From: a virus | Taxonomy: Duplodnaviria > Caudoviricetes | DNA: 38,178 bases | Virus record (IMG/VR): IMGVR_UViG_3300027769_000007 | Span: 1 to 38,178 of that record | Reading direction: 5' to 3' (one strand) | Part shown: one piece after another, positions 37,080 to 38,178 of the stretch | Layout: the number at the start of each line of letters is the position of its first letter | Position numbering within the stretch: the first letter of the stretch is position 1 | The notes under the pieces: generated by a model | The model's database searches: none | What the model was told of the DNA's origin: nothing | What the model saw: the letters and a program-made list of their open reading frames with translations, nothing else | Made by a program: the position numbers and the translations under genes

Positions 37080-37843
37080 ATTTACTTAATATCGACGCGA
37101 ACGCGAAAACAGTAAAAGGCCAGGCCCAAGGATACATGACGGCCGTACTATACCTGGCACCGGCGGACGTTTCTGGGTTCAATGTTTGTCCTATGGCCGA
37201 GATCGCCGGCTGCATTGCCGGCTGCCTAAATACGGCCGGGCGCGGCGGCATGGCACCAGGTAAGGCCCTAATGGCGCCGCATGGCCGCATTGTTCCGGAT
37301 AATGCGATCCAGCGCGCGCGCATTGCCCGGACGCGCTTATATTTTCAGGACCGGCCCGCATTTATGGCCCAGCTAGTGAAAGAGATAACCGCGTTCATTA
37401 AAAAGGCCGAGCGTGCCGGCCTGGTGCCGGCGATCCGCCTTAATGGCACGTCCGATTTACCTTGGCACCGGATCCCGGTGATCGTGGCCGGGAAAAAATA
37501 TAATTCGCTAATGCACTATTTTTCGGACGTGCAATTTTACGATTATACAAAAGTACATAAACGGGCTTTTGAAAGCTTGCCGGGTAATTATAAAATTACA
37601 CTTTCATTCTCGGCAGCCAATGCGGAATATATGCACGACGTGACGGCCGCCGCGATCCAGGCCGGCATAAATATGGCCGTAGTGTTCCGGGAGAAGCTGC
37701 TGCCTGAAACGTTCCAGGGCCTGCCGGTAATCAATGGTGATGAAACGGATCTTCGGTTTACTGATCCGGCCGGCGTGGTAGTGGGCCTTTACGCTAAAGG
37801 CGCCGCCCGGCGTGATACGTCCGGTTTTGTGATCCGAAACTAA
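37076..37843 (+). CDS. GP88-like protein (three-Cys motif, function unknown)
   Basis: NAKT.K, LYLAP, CPMAEIAGCIAGCL..AGRG, IRLNGTSD, FYDYTK, GDETDLRF.D; recognised from memory of the family. Confidence 0.75.
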   Translation: MNLLNIDANAKTVKGQAQGYMTAVLYLAPADVSGFNVCPMAEIAGCIAGCLNTAGRGGMAPGKALMAPHGRIVPDNAIQRARIARTRLYFQDRPAFMAQLVKEITAFIKKAERAGLVPAIRLNGTSDLPWHRIPVIVAGKKYNSLMHYFSDVQFYDYTKVHKRAFESLPGNYKITLSFSAANAEYMHDVTAAAIQAGINMAVVFREKLLPETFQGLPVINGDETDLRFTDPAGVVVGLYAKGAARRDTSGFVIRN

Positions 37844-37853
37844 TGCTCCAGTT

Positions 37854-37880
37854 AAAAGGCCCGGCACGTCCGGGCCTTTT
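37854..37880 (+). terminator. Terminator closing the early cassette
   Basis: AAAAGGCCCGG-CACGT-CCGGGCCTTTT. Confidence 0.85.
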
Positions 37881-37948
37881 GGCGGGCGCATTGCCCGGAT
37901 TAGGAAAATAACGCAATGAATAAATAACTAGGTTAACGGCCTTTAGAT

Positions 37949-38178
37949 CCTGGCACGTCCTGGCTGCTGCGTCCTGGCACGTCCTGGCTGCTGCGTCCTG
38001 GCACGTCCTGGCACGTCCTGGCACGTCCTGGCACGTCCTGGCACGTCCTGGCACGTCCTGGCACGTCCTGGCACGTCCTGGCTGCTGCGTCCTGGCTGCT
38101 GCGTTCTGGCTGCTGCGTCCTGGCTGCTGCGTCCTGGCTGCTGCGTCCTGGCTGCTGCGTTCTGGCTGCTGCGTTCTG
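37949..38178. repeat. Tandem array of 10-mer and 14-mer GTCCTGG units; joins position 1
   Basis: Alternating 10/14-mers, then 8 x GCACGTCCTG (38001-38080) and 7 x GCTGCTGCGT(C/T)CTG (38081-38178); 38140-38178 equals 1-39. Confidence 0.97.

Noticed and set aside
37949-38178. CRISPR array
   Set aside because: Units are 10-14 nt and contiguous with no unique spacers; the DUF2800 nuclease belongs to the replication module and no cas1/cas2 is present.
38140-38178. True direct terminal repeat
   Set aside because: The 39-nt identity with 1-39 lies inside a tandem array and is better explained as assembly overlap; it is also only weak proof of circularity.

Overview
The window is an apparently complete, circularly assembled ~38 kb tailed-phage genome with a podovirus-type (P22/APSE-like) virion module. 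The last 39 nt repeat the first 39 nt inside a tandem array. The + strand carries an early cassette (35.9-37.9 kb, ending in a GP88-like gene) and a replication arm (0.5-12.8 kb): RuvC-like resolvase, SNF2 helicase, DUF2800 Cas4-like nuclease, DUF2815 SSB, dNMP kinase, family A DNA polymerase (Leu762 type), Prim-Pol/P4-type primase-helicase and a metallophosphoesterase. The - strand carries a serine recombinase, TerS, TerL, portal, scaffold, major capsid, adaptor, tail fibres, a lysis cassette with spanins (Gram-negative host), a gp10-like tail protein and ejection proteins. The two arms converge on a bidirectional terminator at ~12.85 kb. The most unusual non-coding features are: (1) two mutually inverted arrays of the CCAGGAC/GTCCTGG core bracketing the GP88 early cassette; (2) a candidate ~70-nt sRNA between terL and portal whose 5' part is antisense to a ribosome-binding site plus AUG and resembles an early-gene start; (3) a P4-like iteron/IHF origin candidate; (4) a short serine recombinase heading the packaging operon. 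All product calls come from motif recognition and gene order; no database searches were run.
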